A DNA stretch of 64,000 nt from Guillardia theta CCMP2712. Its lineage: Eukaryota > Protista > Cryptophyta. The notes below the pieces were generated by a model that worked only from the letters and a program-made list of their open reading frames with translations, did no database searches and was not told the origin of the DNA. A program made the position numbers and the translations under genes. Shown here in pieces: positions 23,801 to 37,394 of this stretch. How positions within the stretch are numbered: the stretch's first letter is position 1; the number at the start of each line of letters is the position of its first letter. The stretch is from assembly GCF_000315625.1 (NCBI RefSeq), contig NW_005434644.1, forward strand, positions 130,973 through 194,972, written 5' to 3'.

Positions 23801-26800
23801 AAAATGACAATCACAAAGTCAAGGAGACACCACTTCCTCAAAAAGTAACCCAACGGTGCTTTCCCGAAGAATCCATATGCTGTCATCTTGAGAAGCATCT
23901 CCACCACGAAAATTCCGAGAAAGATTAAGCTCAGGAGGTTTGAAAGTCCGCTGACACCAGTTGCTTGATCAATATTCGTGTACACAGCAAAAACCTGCAA
24001 ACATCTTTCAGGAAAATCATATCTGTTTAGAATTGTTTCCTACCACGCTTGCAATTACAATCACAGTGATGGCATAATTGAAGATATCAGACTTCACAGC
24101 TGTTCGGACAGCGGTTCGAATCTTTTCAATGATTGAGACATGGTCATCGTCGAGGTCAAATCCTGCTTCATCCCTTTTCTTATCCTGCGGGTTGATCGAA
24201 AGTCGGAGGTTCACGACCTTGATCTGACGTTTGATCTGCATCATGACAGGTCAAGGAGAGGCTCGCATTGAAGCATTATATCACCAGCTCGACTTCTTCA
24301 ACTTCCTCATCACCCCCTTCCTCCCCATCGCGAATCTCGTCAATGAAGGTCTCTTGGGTCAAGAGCATCTCGTTGTTCTCGTCGAATCCTTTCAGCCTTC
24401 CTTCGGCAAGCTGTTGCTGGTAGCTATTTTGTGTCATCGCATGCCATCAGAATGCAGAGAGAATTGAAACTCACCTGGCAAGTTGCCTAAGGCTAATCTG
24501 AGCACCGCGCAGCAATTCAAAATAATGCCGATTGAAGGAAAACTTGTCAAAGTTTGTGAACTTCTCCTTTTCGGCCTTGGATTTGATGTGTTCGGCTTTT
24601 TCAAATTTATCTTCGAGAATAAATTTCTGTGCCTCTCTCTTCTCTTCCTCATTCAATTCATAATTTTGCACTATGATTGCAATGAAAATTCTGAGAAATT
24701 GAAAGTTGACAACAAAATAAAAGACACAGAAGAAAATAAATCCAGCAGCTCCTAACGCATCTGTTCCAGAAGCTGCATACTCATACCAGCCAGTTCCTAC
24801 AACGATTTGCAAGAGAGGGAGTATGGAAGTTGAAATATCGAGGAAATTATATACAAGATTGAATCGAGCATGCAAGAAGACATAACTGTTCACAAAAATC
24901 AAACAGGAAAGAAAGTTGCAAAATTTTCTTACCCCTCATCGAAAAGTTCTTTGGCCGTTACAGCCGAAACAAATATCATAAAGATAAGGAAAAATATTCC
25001 CAAGAACACTTTCTCGATTCCACGAAAACCACGCAGAATAACAGCTACTGCTGGAATCTCGGAAACCCGAAAGACTCTTATCCCAGCACGAACAACAGTA
25101 GCAAGCCTTAGCAACTTGAATGTCCAGGGATTGCCCGGACTTGCGGGATCAGAGAAAGCCCTTGGGTTGTAGAATGAAATACCTCCCTCGTATACTTGAA
25201 CGGAGAAGTGAGAAAAGTTCACTTCCGTGAGAACAATTCCAGCAACCGTTGCACAGATGCACAATGTGTCCACAATATTCTTGTAATGCGGAGTGAAAGA
25301 ACCTCCATGTGAAGGGTAGAGTTCATACGTAAAAAACCTTCGAAGACCTTGATGTGCTGTGTAACGAACAAGCAGCTCTAGGAGGAAAATGATGGCCCAA
25401 CCATACAGAGCGTAGTGCATGGACTCGCTGAATAGACACCAAAATGTTCGATTGCTATCCCACTGATCCGCAGCAATCTGCTTCACCTTCACCTTGGTTT
25501 TTAACATCTGTTCGAAACGATCGTGTTACTGTCAATAGGAATTAGATGCAGGAGGTACCAGATGATTGCTTCGCGGATTGATGCAAGGATACCCATACAC
25601 AGAGTTCGGGATACACCGACCGAAGATACACGTTTCGTTGTACAATCTTGTAGTCACTCCGCCGATCACAGAGTTGCACTCCTCTGAGGAACAAGATTCA
25701 CTAAAAATTCACAGAGAAAACTTGAAACTTACCAAACGGACCGCACTTTCTATATTGATCGATACTCTGAAGATCATCAATAGATTTGCAACCGCACTTA
25801 AAATTGTCGACTTGAGCATTTTGTAGACTCTGCGTGAGCAGAAGTCCTATCATGCTGATGAAGGAAATGTGCGATAGTATGGATCGTTTTCCTCGCTTAG
25901 GCAAGGGATCTTCATCGTCATCTTCGTTGGTGGCTCGCTTGCTTTCAGATGGAAACGTAACGACTACAGCTGTCTTAAGCAAGCTGTGGCAGCAAACGCG
26001 TATAGACATTCCGCATCTGCAAGTAGCTTAGCGCATCAATTGAAAGAAAACAAGAGGAATTTACATCGATATCAGCTTAGAACATGGTGCCTGAGTGAAC
26101 TTGTAGACGTAAAACAACACTCCGTTCTTGCGAGCTTGGAAAAAAGAATTGATTGCTGTAAAGGTTGACCCAAGACAATGTTCAACGACTAGAAAGCAGT
26201 CGCATCCTCTTCCACAAGTTGGATAATCTTCCTGCTTGAAGTCTTGTAACACCCTTGCAACAAATTTGTAAGCGAAACGAGTGACTAATAAAACTTTGGG
26301 TACCTTTCTCTTGCAAGAACTTGAAATCCTGACAAGTCCTGCTCTTCTTCTTCAACATTTTCTACTGCATCATCTTCGCCATCATCGAATTTAGGTAGCT
26401 CATTTTCAGCAGCACGCTTTGCCGCATCCACCTTTTCTTTCTCTACTGACTCAGAATAATGTGCGCAAGTGATGCTGACCGTGATGTTCAGCAAGTAGTA
26501 GGATGTTGCAAGCATCACGAGGATGAATCCAACGTAAACAGCTTTTCCTCCGACGTCAATCAGAGGAGATATCGAGCCATTCCATGCGTTTCGGTAGAAA
26601 ACTGTGTACATCACAATCGCTGCATGACCAATGTCATTGAAATTTCGAGGATCGTTGTTGTCAAATCCTCTCCAATTGGAAATGTTCGGCGGAATGTAAT
26701 TCGTCATGGGGCCACCACCCAATACTGGACTGACTTGCGGAGGGAACTTGGTCTTATCAAGAGCAAAATAATCTGGCCCGACGCAATAGACCTGTGATCC

Positions 26801-27930
26801 TTGTATGGGGAACCCCTTCGCGCTGATTCCATTGACGTTGAGATTGATCTCTTTGCCTAAAATGTTGGAGTCGAAGAATCCAAATTGACCGCAAGATCCT
26901 CTGTAAAAGACATCAACAAGTGCACATCGATGACATTCAAAACTCACCTGCAACCCCCTCTCTCTGTAAAGTTTGAAATGTAGCGACTTGGAGTAAAGTT
27001 CGTTTGGGTTGCTGCCCAGACATCTCCGTAGCAATGTTTGACATCAACCGAGTACATTTGATCTGTTCTACAAGGAACTTCAGGAATGATGGGCTCGTAT
27101 GTGAAAGTTGCCATATTAGTCCCTCCATTCGACACAAGAGGCACTGCACATCGATTGTAGTTATCTCCTTTCAAGCCAAACAGAGATAGTCCAAGAAGGC
27201 CACAAAACACCTGAAACATTATCGAGTCATTGGTATGATTCAACTTTGAATCTTGTACCATGATGAAGTTCAGAATAAGAAACACGATAACGATCTTGTA
27301 TACCCCGAGGCCAAGGGCCTTCACCTGATTAATGATGAGCCACAACGACCACTTTGTTGTACTCAACATTTACCTGTATACGAGCTATTGCCAAGTATGG
27401 ATGAGTCGACTTTGCCAAAGTCTTGAAGCCAAACAAGACCACCCAAAACATGTAGTTTCCGAAGACGTAGACCGTGTCGCACCATGCTGCAACCACCACA
27501 AGAGCCAAAAGAATACACCACGGATCTTTCAAGAAAGCATTTTCTTTGTAGAATATTCCTTTTGCTATCATGTGCAACACAACTAAAGCGCTGAAAGACA
27601 AGGAGTCAATAGATTTTTGCAATGAATTCATTTGGAGAATACCTGTAAAACCATCTGAAAGCATAATTTGTGCTCATCAGAAGGGTGGCAAACATGGGAC
27701 GATCCGAAAATGGCTTTTCTTCAGTTTGACATCCAGGGAGCAAACAAGTTCTCAATAGACATGTGGTGTTTTGTTTGTCAAAGAGAGTTAATCCCGCTGC
27801 TGATTTGCAGTTGATCCATGCCTTCAAAAGGGAAACAAACGTTAGAGAGTCAAGATTTTACGTATTGGAAGCATGGAACCTTTGCGCAAAGACTGTCGAG
27901 CTCTCCTTTTGCGCCATGGCATGAATTCAT
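20817..27930 (-). CDS. Four-repeat voltage-gated cation channel alpha subunit (Cav/Nav superfamily), divergent
   Basis: Four 6TM repeats. S4-like FRSLRILRLLARL (III), LRMFRLVRIF (IV) and KLLRLATVVRAGIRVFRV (II). Pore helices NFNDIGHA..., NFLDISTS..., NFESIYSA..., NNFADFPSAL..SGDSW. S6 motifs YYLLNITVSITC, FLRIFIAIIVQNY and YLILNTFIASIIASY. The start is approximate. Confidence 0.88.
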
Positions 27931-28489
27931 TGAGATCAATATGCTACGCACACTATTCAGCATGAAGTTTGCACAAAACAAGGCAGCTTACAGATGATAA
28001 AAAGAAAAAAGAAAAATCATTCCATCTGTCTTAGTGTCTTCCAAGATGGAGTTAAGAATGTTAGATCCAGAGATGATTAAATCCTTCATAGTCCAATCTG
28101 CTATATCACAATCGCAAACTGCCTTGGCAATTCACAGCAGCTATAGATCCCAAGAGTCGACCAAAGCTTCCTATTCAGTTTGCCCTAGTCCTGTGCACCC
28201 AGCTTCCTTCCATTGAGCGACGCAACAACGTCGCAGCAGACCGATGTTCAATCTGCCCCTTGCAAGCCACTTGAGATGAGGACCTCAAATCTCACAGAGA
28301 TATTCTGAGCATCATCTTACCATCAACCTGATGAATGTGATCTTCTTGTCTCAACAAGGCTTGCCACAGGCTTCCATCAAGCCATTCCGCATCGCCCTAC
28401 CTCGTCGCTCGCCTGCAGCATGGCGCCTCTTCGTGTGGCAAGGGCAGGAACTTGAACGACCTACCAGAAGCAGCGGCCCTACTCTCGCC

Positions 28490-28995
28490 GATGATCTGGG
28501 CCGCCGGCGGGGCCCGGCGTGGGGCCCCCGGGGGCCCTCCCGGGCCCGGCCCGGCGGTTACCGGCGGGGGCCCCGGCGGCGGCGCCGGCGGGCCGGGCCG
28601 GGCCGGGGGGGGGGGGGGCCGCGGGCGGCGCCGCTCCGACAAGACCGTCGGCAGCACCGAGTCACAGAGTCAGTCAGGGGGAAGTTCGGATACCGTGCTG
28701 CGGCAATCCGACAGGCCCGGCGATTTCAAGCCGCCGTCCGATCGGAGGCCGGGCTGGCCCAGGCGCCAACGCCCGCCGGGGCATGAGTTGCGGCCACTAC
28801 TAAGAGCCGCTCGAGTTGCCGTGCCATGATTCGGTGGGTGGGGGGGGTGGGGGGGCTCGAATTCAGTCACAGAAGTACATGCCGCCGCCGCGTGATGATC
28901 ATGGGGAGGCTGGCTCAGTAGGCCCCCCGACTCTCGGCTGAGGCCGCCACCGTCAGCCGGGCGGGTCACCGGCGGTCACGCGGCGGCCGCGTTGC
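28490..28995. other. Intergenic CCGG/GGCC-rich GC island (one of about nine)
   Basis: Very high GC with dense ccgg/ggcc, between divergent genes. Similar islands lie at ~3400, 16050, 31870, 44920, 47700, 49130, 57780 and 60800. Confidence 0.7.
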
Positions 28996-29248
28996 CGCAG
29001 TGCGCTAAGTCATTAAACCTGCGGTTGCGACGTAAGAGACGAACCGTCCTCTGTGCAAGAAGAGGTTCTCCTTCCCCTCAGTTTGATCCTCCGGCGCAAC
29101 TTGAAGTCAGGCTCGCCTCAATATGTTGGAATATGAAATCTGCTGGACACCAAAAAGCGAGCAAAGGAAAGGCAGGAGACGGACAAGCCGGAGGGACGAG
29201 AGGGAGGGAGGGAGCAATAGAGAGAGGATCACAGAAGAGCAGACGGCA

Positions 29249-29930
29249 ATGGCGAAGGCATGCAGAACCCGCTTGGACGTTGTCGTCTCCGTTTTGGTTG
29301 TTGTGAATGTCATCCATGGTGTCAGCGCTAGCAGCACGATGGCTTTCGGGTCGGTAGGAACCCCGTCTCGTAACAAAGCAAAGAGTGCAGAGAGTCAGTT
29401 GAGCAGCTATGACAGGATGATCCTCGCGCATGGTCCACCGAAAACTTCCTCGAGCAGCAGTGGATACAATCCCCAACCAGGAACGCCGACATATCCCGCC
29501 AACAGCTATCCCACCAACAGCTATCCCACCAACACCTATCCCACCAACACCTATCCCACCAACACCTATCCTGCTTATGGCAGACAAAGTCCGGTCATGT
29601 ATCAGGTAAGTGAGATGAAACAAGTGTTCATGAAATCTCATCTTGTTGTAGAATCCTCCCTCGGCTTATCCTCAAACTCAAGGGGCCTCGAGTTACACCC
29701 CTACCTTATCCCCTCAATGGGCGCAACCCCCTGCCAGCGCGTTTGCAACGAATGCGAATCCGATGGGTAGTCAGGCTCGATTCCATGCTCACCAGGTCAC
29801 CCGGGACAAACTGGTCCCCAGAGTGCAGAGCAGCGTCTCGTTCGAGGGGTCGAAGAGTTCCAAGGAGATGTCGGGCGAGGCGAGAAAGCTTGCCAAGATG
29901 TCAGCGCAGCTCCTCAGGGAATATTCGCGG
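29249..29930 (+). CDS. Putative secreted/membrane protein with (YPTN[S/T]) pentapeptide repeats; continues through introns, end uncertain
   Basis: Hydrophobic N-terminus VVVSVLVVVNVIHGVSA; 15-bp tandem ctatcccaccaacac at ~29490-29572; GT donor at 29606. Confidence 0.5.
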
Positions 29931-30847
29931 TGAGCCTCCCTCTTGCCTCCAGCTCTACGTTGCCCTCAACGCGTACCAGAGCATCAATCTACCGTAACGC
30001 CCTAGCCAAGGAGCAGTCAAGGATCCACAAGGCACGGCAGGTCCGCTTGCTCGGCCATGATGGAGACTGTTTCCCCTCCTCATCAGTCTGAGAAACTTGG
30101 CAGGCAGCCACCATCGGTGGACTGTACAACAATCGCAGGTGAGAGGAAGCTGATCAGAGGGCCGTTGCACTGACTGCCCGTCCGCAGTCTGAGCGGAAAA
30201 CCGGTACTCTCTCATGGAATGACTGTTATCTTCGTTATCTGCACCGTCGGCGCAATCTGTGGAGCTTTGTGGTACATGAAGAGGTTTTTCAAGTCGCTGC
30301 ATTGACGGTCCAATGACGGTGCATACGTGTGTCTTTAGGGACAATGACAAGCTCACCCATCAAAACTTGGAGACCTTGCAGAGTGCTTGATGGCGAAATA
30401 TTTGGTCTGACTGCGCTCAAGACGGATGATGTCTGCCAACATGATTTGATTGTTTGTCTTTACATTAGTGTACACATTTCCTTCAAATCCCAATCTTTCT
30501 CGCTAACGAATCGGATATATCCTCGTAGTTTTCAAGAGGAGCTTGTCCGTCGATCTATAAAACAAGGCTCAATTCCAACATTCGCACCGAAACAAATACC
30601 TCGATCTCTGATGTACCGCATTCCTGTAACACACAGCATTTGTGGTCATTAAATCCAAAGTTTGTGGCTGGCAATCAGTGCATACCTTTGCAAGTTTTGT
30701 CGATATATGCACTATACTATCCCGGTATGCCTTTATCCGCTATCACAAGGCCTCAGCGACATGGTCCATGCCTTGCGGGAGGGCACACCTCTAAAACCTC
30801 CGTTGAGCTCTCTCCCTGCCTCTGCACACAGTGATGGGCTTCTCCCA

Positions 30848-31776
30848 ATGGCGGAGGATCAAGCATGTAATGATAAACTCTTCCTGCCAAGACGGACCAA
30901 CCGCCAAGTCAAGCACCAAGTCGGCAGCTCAGGGCGACCCACCTGTGGGTACATGCAATGTTCTGAAAGTGATTCTATCTTCCACGATTCGATCTGAAAC
31001 TTCGATTCTGATCAGAATTTGAGGAGAACACCCTTCTCTGATCATCCGGTCTGCCTGCTCCACGTTCTGCGGCCAACTGTCGATGATCCACCCCTGCTAG
31101 GACCGTCAAACCCCTCAGCAGGAGAGGGCAACTCAACCTTTTCTTCGCAGGAAGCATCTTTCAACCTCTCGAGGATCAGCTCCTGGAGAGATTCCTGCCC
31201 ATCTCTTATTTGACGACTTTGCTCCTTTCCATTCTGCTTCGCTGTGTCCGAGAATCCCGACGCAATATCCGCAGGGCAGACGTGCTCAAGTCCCAGTCGT
31301 CGCGAAAGCTGCTTTGACATCAATGATGCGCATTATGATCAAGACAAGGTATCACCATCTCGCAGAGAGTTTTTTTCCCCGAGCCGGGGGGGCCGAGGAC
31401 GCAAACTTTCAGAACTTTTCAAAAGCGTGAGGTGGATACAATCAGGCAAGGGAATCCTTGGCGCACCATGCCAGTTTTCAAGAGAGTTGATCATATAGAG
31501 CACGGGATCATCGGGCTGTTTGATCAGCAGGCGATTGAGGAGTTGGCGGAGAGTTGCGCCAACACTTTGCTTGCTCGCGTAGTCCTTGAGGACATCTATT
31601 TCACAATGTCAAAGGTCAGCGATAGGAGCAAGAAGCAGGAGCTACAACTACACATTCACTGGTATGAGGTGAAAGATATTACCAAGATCTCAAGCTTCAT
31701 GTCAGGCCACATTCAAGCATCTCACCAGCTCGCATGGTTTGAAGATCCTCAGCATTGTCTTCTCCTGCGCTCCTGA
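30848..31776 (+). CDS. Hypothetical multi-exon protein
   Basis: Chain of plus-strand ORFs with protein-like composition (e.g. WRTMPVFKRVDHIEHGIIGLFDQQAIEELAESCANTLLARVVLEDIYF) and plausible splice sites. No domain recognised. Confidence 0.35.
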
Positions 31777-32694
31777 ACGCCTCCTCCACCAGCCCCGCCG
31801 CCATAGTTCCAGCTCCCGACAGCGTGGAGCAACGGCCGATGAGTGAAAAACTTTACTCAAAACATGACGCATCCGACCGGGCCCGCCTCCGCCGGGCGGT
31901 GGCCAGTGACTCCTCAGGGCCTAGTGACTGTCGGCAGCCTGGCGGCCGCGCCGCCGGGCCCGGGACCCGGGCCGAGTCGGACTCTGGCATCGGGCGAGTG
32001 AGGGCGACCGTCCGGAGCGGCTCCCGGAGCGGCCTGTCCCTTCTCAGCGGCTCAGTGGCAGGCTTCAAGATTCAGGATCCCGAGTCCCGGTCCGGGATGG
32101 CGGCAGGCACTAACGGTCAGTCACTAGTCGGCAACACCTCGCCTCAGAGGCGCAGAGGCAGGACCGAGGAAAACTAGATTCCCATCATCGAATAACTCCC
32201 TTTCAATTTCATATTTACAATCAGATTTCCAATGAAAAATTTCAAATGTAGGGACACAGAGTCCAATTTCACACGATGATGAGATTGTGACCGAAGAGTC
32301 GATTCATGCGACGGCGCCGAGAGGCCTGGCAATGGAGAGGAGAGGGCAGGAGGGAGGAGGGAGGAGACAAGGAGTGCCTGCGAGCAGGAGACAAGAGATC
32401 AGGAGGAGATTCTAGTGGTTGAAGAGCGAAGTATGTCAACCAGGTTATGAAAGGATTGCAGCAAGGTGGACGATTGTATGCAAGATGGAGGAACGACGAC
32501 GACGACTAGATCTCCGACAATGTCGAGAATAGGGAAAACAGAGATGTTGACTCGTCGATATGTTGGATGACTGTTAGGAGTACGAGGTTGTAAGGGAGGA
32601 CAACTATTCTTAGATTGTTTCAGACACTCAAAAATATCATCTTGTACCCTTTTTCACAAGCTTTCACAGTGGAATAACCTGGTTTCAGGCAATT

Positions 32695-34949
32695 ATGATT
32701 GAGATTGCTGACGCCACTGGCGCTACCAATCATGGCATTGGTGTTGTCCTTGCAAACCAAGAGCTGGAGAATGGCGTTCGAATCACTGCTGTACAACCAG
32801 GGCAGGTAAGACGAGAAAACAAGCTCACAGGGGATGGAAGTAGTCGAATTGTCACCCACATCAAAACATCACCTCTCGAAGGAGACATTTTTCTCTTTGT
32901 CTGTCTGATGCGTAGAGAGGGACAAGCATTCGTGTGAGGGTCTTGTGAGGTGACAGAGTCGTTGCAGGGAGCATGGGCTACCAATGCCTTCGCACCGGGG
33001 GACGTCATTACCAAGATCGGTGACCTCCTTTGTGCCGGCATGAGCATCACTTCGATCGAGAAACTTCTCAGGTTCAGTTCTATTCCTTCCCTTACTCTCC
33101 TTGGATCCCTCCTCCTCTACCTTTCGAGCATCATCATCATGCTGACTGGGCGCTTCGGTCTCCTTACTGGTGTACAGAGGCGTCGCGGGCACTGTGGTCA
33201 AGGTGACGCTGATGAAGAAGGAAGGGACCGAAATCAGTGTGTCTGTCACTCGAGGCTCGTCTGTGTAAGAATTCTTGCCGCGAGGAATTCTGCAAGTTTG
33301 CTGAAAATTTCTCGACAGCTACTGGCAGGGAGCACAAGAGCGTGACGAGCTGAAGAACAAGCTAAATGCTGTCATTGCTGAGATGGAGCACATTCAGAGC
33401 GACAACAAGATGCAAATGGAGAAGCTGAAGCATGAGCTGGAGGCGATGAAGCTTGTCAACAACAAGACGGAGGAGAATCTGAAGAATGAGGTTAACGCTC
33501 ACAGCCAGACCAAGAAAACTCTGGACGATACCCGCGCGTCGATGAGCAAGGCCGAGGGAACCATCAAGGCGCAGGAGGCCATCATTAAGTCAAACGTCAA
33601 GATGTAGTTCTCATCCTCCTTACTCGAGCCCTACCTGATGTCATGTCCAGTCACGAAGATCTGAAGGCAGACTTGATGAAACTGAGAGACGCCAACGATC
33701 TGCTGCAGCAGAAGCTCATCACGCAAGTCAGAGCCCCTGCCTCTTTCTCCACTTTGTGAATTAAAGTCGATCTTCGACCAGGAGAAGTCAAGGGAGCAAG
33801 CTGAGACGAGAGAGAAGAGAGCGCAAGATGCTCTTCTTGCCGAAGTGGAGAAGAGTAAGTGTCAGAGTTTTGTTACCTCTCCTCACAAAGCTTCCAGCCA
33901 AGTCCTTGGAGAAGAGGAGACAGGAGCTGGAGAAGGATGTGAATGACCTTCGAAACAAGTTCAGGTGTGCTGCTCCATTGGTTTCTGTCGCGCTGATTGC
34001 TCCTCCAAGCTCACAGGGAGACCTGATCAAACCCGAGATGGATGCCCTGAAAACGAAGCTGCAAGGTGTGTGCTGCCGTGACACGAAACGATCCACTCCG
34101 CATGACAGCCTCCTGCAGAGAAGGAGAAATCACATGAGAATGCCAAGAAGAACATCGAAGAGCTGCAGAAGGAGCTTAAGGACTTGTCGTCGAAGCTCTC
34201 CTTGAACACGACCGAGTACAAGTCACTGATGGACAAGAACTCGTCCCTCAACGAAGAGATCAGATCTCTCAAGGATTCGGTGCGACCATATCACCCCCTG
34301 CCTCCTCTTCCTTGACATCCTTGCAGCTCGAGAAGTGCAGGAGAGAGCTGAACGAGGTGAAGGAGGTGAAGAGCAAACTTTCGAGCGAGAGAGACATGCT
34401 CAAAGGTGTCTGCTTCTTTCTGCTCCTGTGCGAAGTGACCTGGTGACAACCAACAGCAAAATTGACCTCCAACGAGAGCGAGCTAAAGACGACCAAGGAC
34501 AAGTTTGCAGAGGTGACATTCAGATCATGTTCCGAATCCATCATTGCATCTCCAATCTTTGGACGGGTTTGCTTCAAATGAACCTCTGTTTCAGTTTTTG
34601 TCTCTATCTCAATCTATCTTTGGCAGAATTCCAAGAAATTGCAATCACAGAGCACGTCGCTCCAGGAAACTTCACAGACGTTGACCAAGACGCAAGCAGA
34701 TCTCAAGGCGGCCCAGTCGAGTTTACGTGAGAATTTCATCCGAGCAAGTCAATATTGACGTTCCACGTGGCAGAAACCTGGCAGAAAAAGGCTGAGGATG
34801 CGGAGAAGAAAGTCGTGAAGCTGCAGGTGTGGGTTCAGAGCGCATCGAGCAAGTCAAGTCGCTGACCCTTCTCAAGGCTGACATGCAATCGAAAACGCTG
34901 GAGGCCAACTCCCTTGAAGCTGAGAACAAGGTCCTTTGCGATCTCGAGA

Positions 34950-34984
<35 letters not shown>

Positions 34985-37096
34985 ACTCCCCCCCTTTCCT
35001 CTTCTTGCTTCTGCTCTTATCAACCATCACCACCTTTCCTCGTCTTGCTTTCTTTCACTATGATTGTGTTCAGGAGCTTCGCAAGGTGAAGGAGAAGCAT
35101 GAGGCGGTTCGTCTGATCAGCGTTACCGCCCGCCCGCTGACGCTCCTTCCAGCTCTCCAAGGATGTGTCAAGCATCCGCAGCGACTGCACGAAGGCCAAG
35201 CAACTGCAAGAGGTGAAGAATGAGAGAATGTGTCCATATCGTTGCCCAAAGCCTTGTCGCGTCTCCTGTCTCTTCCTTCCATCCCTTGTTGCCCCTCCCC
35301 GTTCCTCAGCTCACTCGATGGTGGAAGGACGCGGACGTGAAATGCACCAGAGCTCTGGTGAGGCGGAAGAGGCGCAGGAAAGAGGCGTGAGACTTGTCGT
35401 AGGCAACTCACGACAAGCTGAAAGAAGACTTGGAGAAAGTCATTTCGGAGAGGAATGTGAGTTGGATAGCCAAAATGATTCCTGCTGCTGCTACTGCTCC
35501 ACCCTCCACCTTAATCTTGTCGTGAGAGTCGCTCCGCATCGCATGACTTGCCCGACAGGATCTCATGAAGAAGTTCACATCAGTCGAGCAAACCATGACG
35601 AGCAAGATCGCGGAGCTTCTTCGGGACCACAAGGAGAAGGTGAAGAGAGGGCTGACCAGCTCGCCAGTGGGGCTGACGGCCCTGAAGGTGTGGGAGCTGA
35701 ACCAGGTCAACATGTCCTTGGAGGCCGACCTGAAGCGGTGAAGGGAGGCTGGTCATACCGTGAAGTCTCTTACAAGGCCGTCGCAGCTACCTCGCGCTCC
35801 CCGACGAGTGCGGAGTTGGGATGCGCATCGATGAGATCATGAAGTCCTACGTGCCGGGAGGCCCGTCAGTCCGTCAGATTCGGGTCCTGCTCCTCAGTCC
35901 TTTCCCCCATCAGCTTCTCTCCCCTCGCCTCCTCTTTTCCCGCCTGCTCGCTGAAGGACGTTGAACCTTCAGGTGATGGCGCTCACGCCCGGGCTCTCAG
36001 CGGACATGTCAGGTAGCAGAAGCAGAGAGGGCGAAGGCGAGGAAGCAGTGGACGGGTGACTGCGGGAGCGGATGGGAGAGTAGAGCAGTAGAGAGGGAAG
36101 GAGAGTGAGGGAGAGAGGCAGGGTATGATGAGGTGGTCATGCAGGAGCGATCAGAGTTGGCGACATCCTCTTGGAGGTCAACGGAGTGAAGTGCGAAGAT
36201 CAGTCGCTCATTGAGGTCACGATGAAATTTCCCACAGCATGTTCCGCTCCTCCTCGCCCTCCTTGTCTCGTCCTCGTCCTCTCCCTCTTCTCCCTCCTCT
36301 CCCTCCTCCTTCACCTTCCTGTCTGACGATGATCAACGAAAGGTCCGAGAACTCATCATGGGTCCGCGAGGAACGCGGGTATGTCACGTCAGCGCCTGCT
36401 CGCTCTCTGATAGTTTTCTCAGGTGACGTTCAAGATCGAGAGGATCGAAGGGGAAAAGGTCTCCATCTCTGGCAACGAGCTCAACATCGACTTGTAAGTC
36501 CTTCTTAATCCCTCCAGCTCTCTTCTGCCCTCCTCCGCCCCCTCCCTCTGCTCTGCTCTGCTTGCTCTGCTCTGCTTGCTCTGCTCTGCACACCTTCCCC
36601 TTTGATCTCTATCTCACATTCCTTAGCATCACAATTTTCTCATCCTCACCACCCCACAGGGCTGCAGCGGCTCTTCAGAGTGGCATCTCCACGCCTTCCG
36701 AGCTCGCGTCCAAGAGCAACTCCTCTCCCATGAGCCTCCGCGCGGTAGATTCCTCCCCCTCCCCTCCCCCCCCTCTCCCTCGACGTCCTCCCTCCGTCTC
36801 TTCCTTCCTCCCTTCCGCCCCCTCTCCTACTCTCTTCCTCTCCGTGTCAGCTTCTGACATGCTCTCAGCTCATCTTCACCGCCACCCTCAAGCGCGGGGC
36901 CTGGGGCCCCCACCACTCGCGCATAAGCCCCGAGGAGCAGGACGTCATCGCTCGCGGAGGCTGGACTCACTTCCTCGCCCCCGACGGCAGCTCGACGCCA
37001 CTTTACTACAGCGCGCAGGTCGAGCTGGAGACTAACGCCAGCAGAAGCTCGCGAGCTGAGCCTGCGAGCGTCAAGTCCTTGTTCCCCTTCTTCTAG
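32695..37096 (+). CDS. PDZ - long coiled coil - PDZ protein (many exons)
   Basis: N-terminal PDZ (GIGVVL...VRITAVQPG, FAPGDVITKIGD, GVAGTVVKVTL); heptad-rich K/E/L exons 33320-35640; second PDZ (CGVGMRI, IRVGDILLEVNG, VRELIMGPRGT). A plausible last exon ends ...KSLFPFF*. Confidence 0.7.
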
Positions 37097-37213
37097 CGCC
37101 AGCACAGCTGCCCGGGTAGGCGCGATGCCCCAGTGATTCTTTAATGCTGCTCGTATATAATGACGGCAACCCTCTAATCATCGACTCCCGGGATGTCATC
37201 CATGGGTACATCC

Positions 37214-37349
37214 TCACTGTCCGATAACCGCCTGATTTCTGTACATGGCTGCTACCTGTCGGCATGCTCAGCCTGTCCTCCTCCTCCTTTTCTCCTCCTC
37301 CTTTTCTCCTCCTCCTCCTCCTTCTCCTCCTCCTCCTCCTCCTCCTCTT

Positions 37350-37394
<45 letters not shown>

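Noticed and set aside
28331-28969. Several G/P/R/A-rich ORFs in the GC island (likewise at 47806, 49323, 57863, 58274 and 60808)
   Set aside because: Stops are scarce because of high GC. The ORFs overlap in all frames on both strands and show no domain signal.
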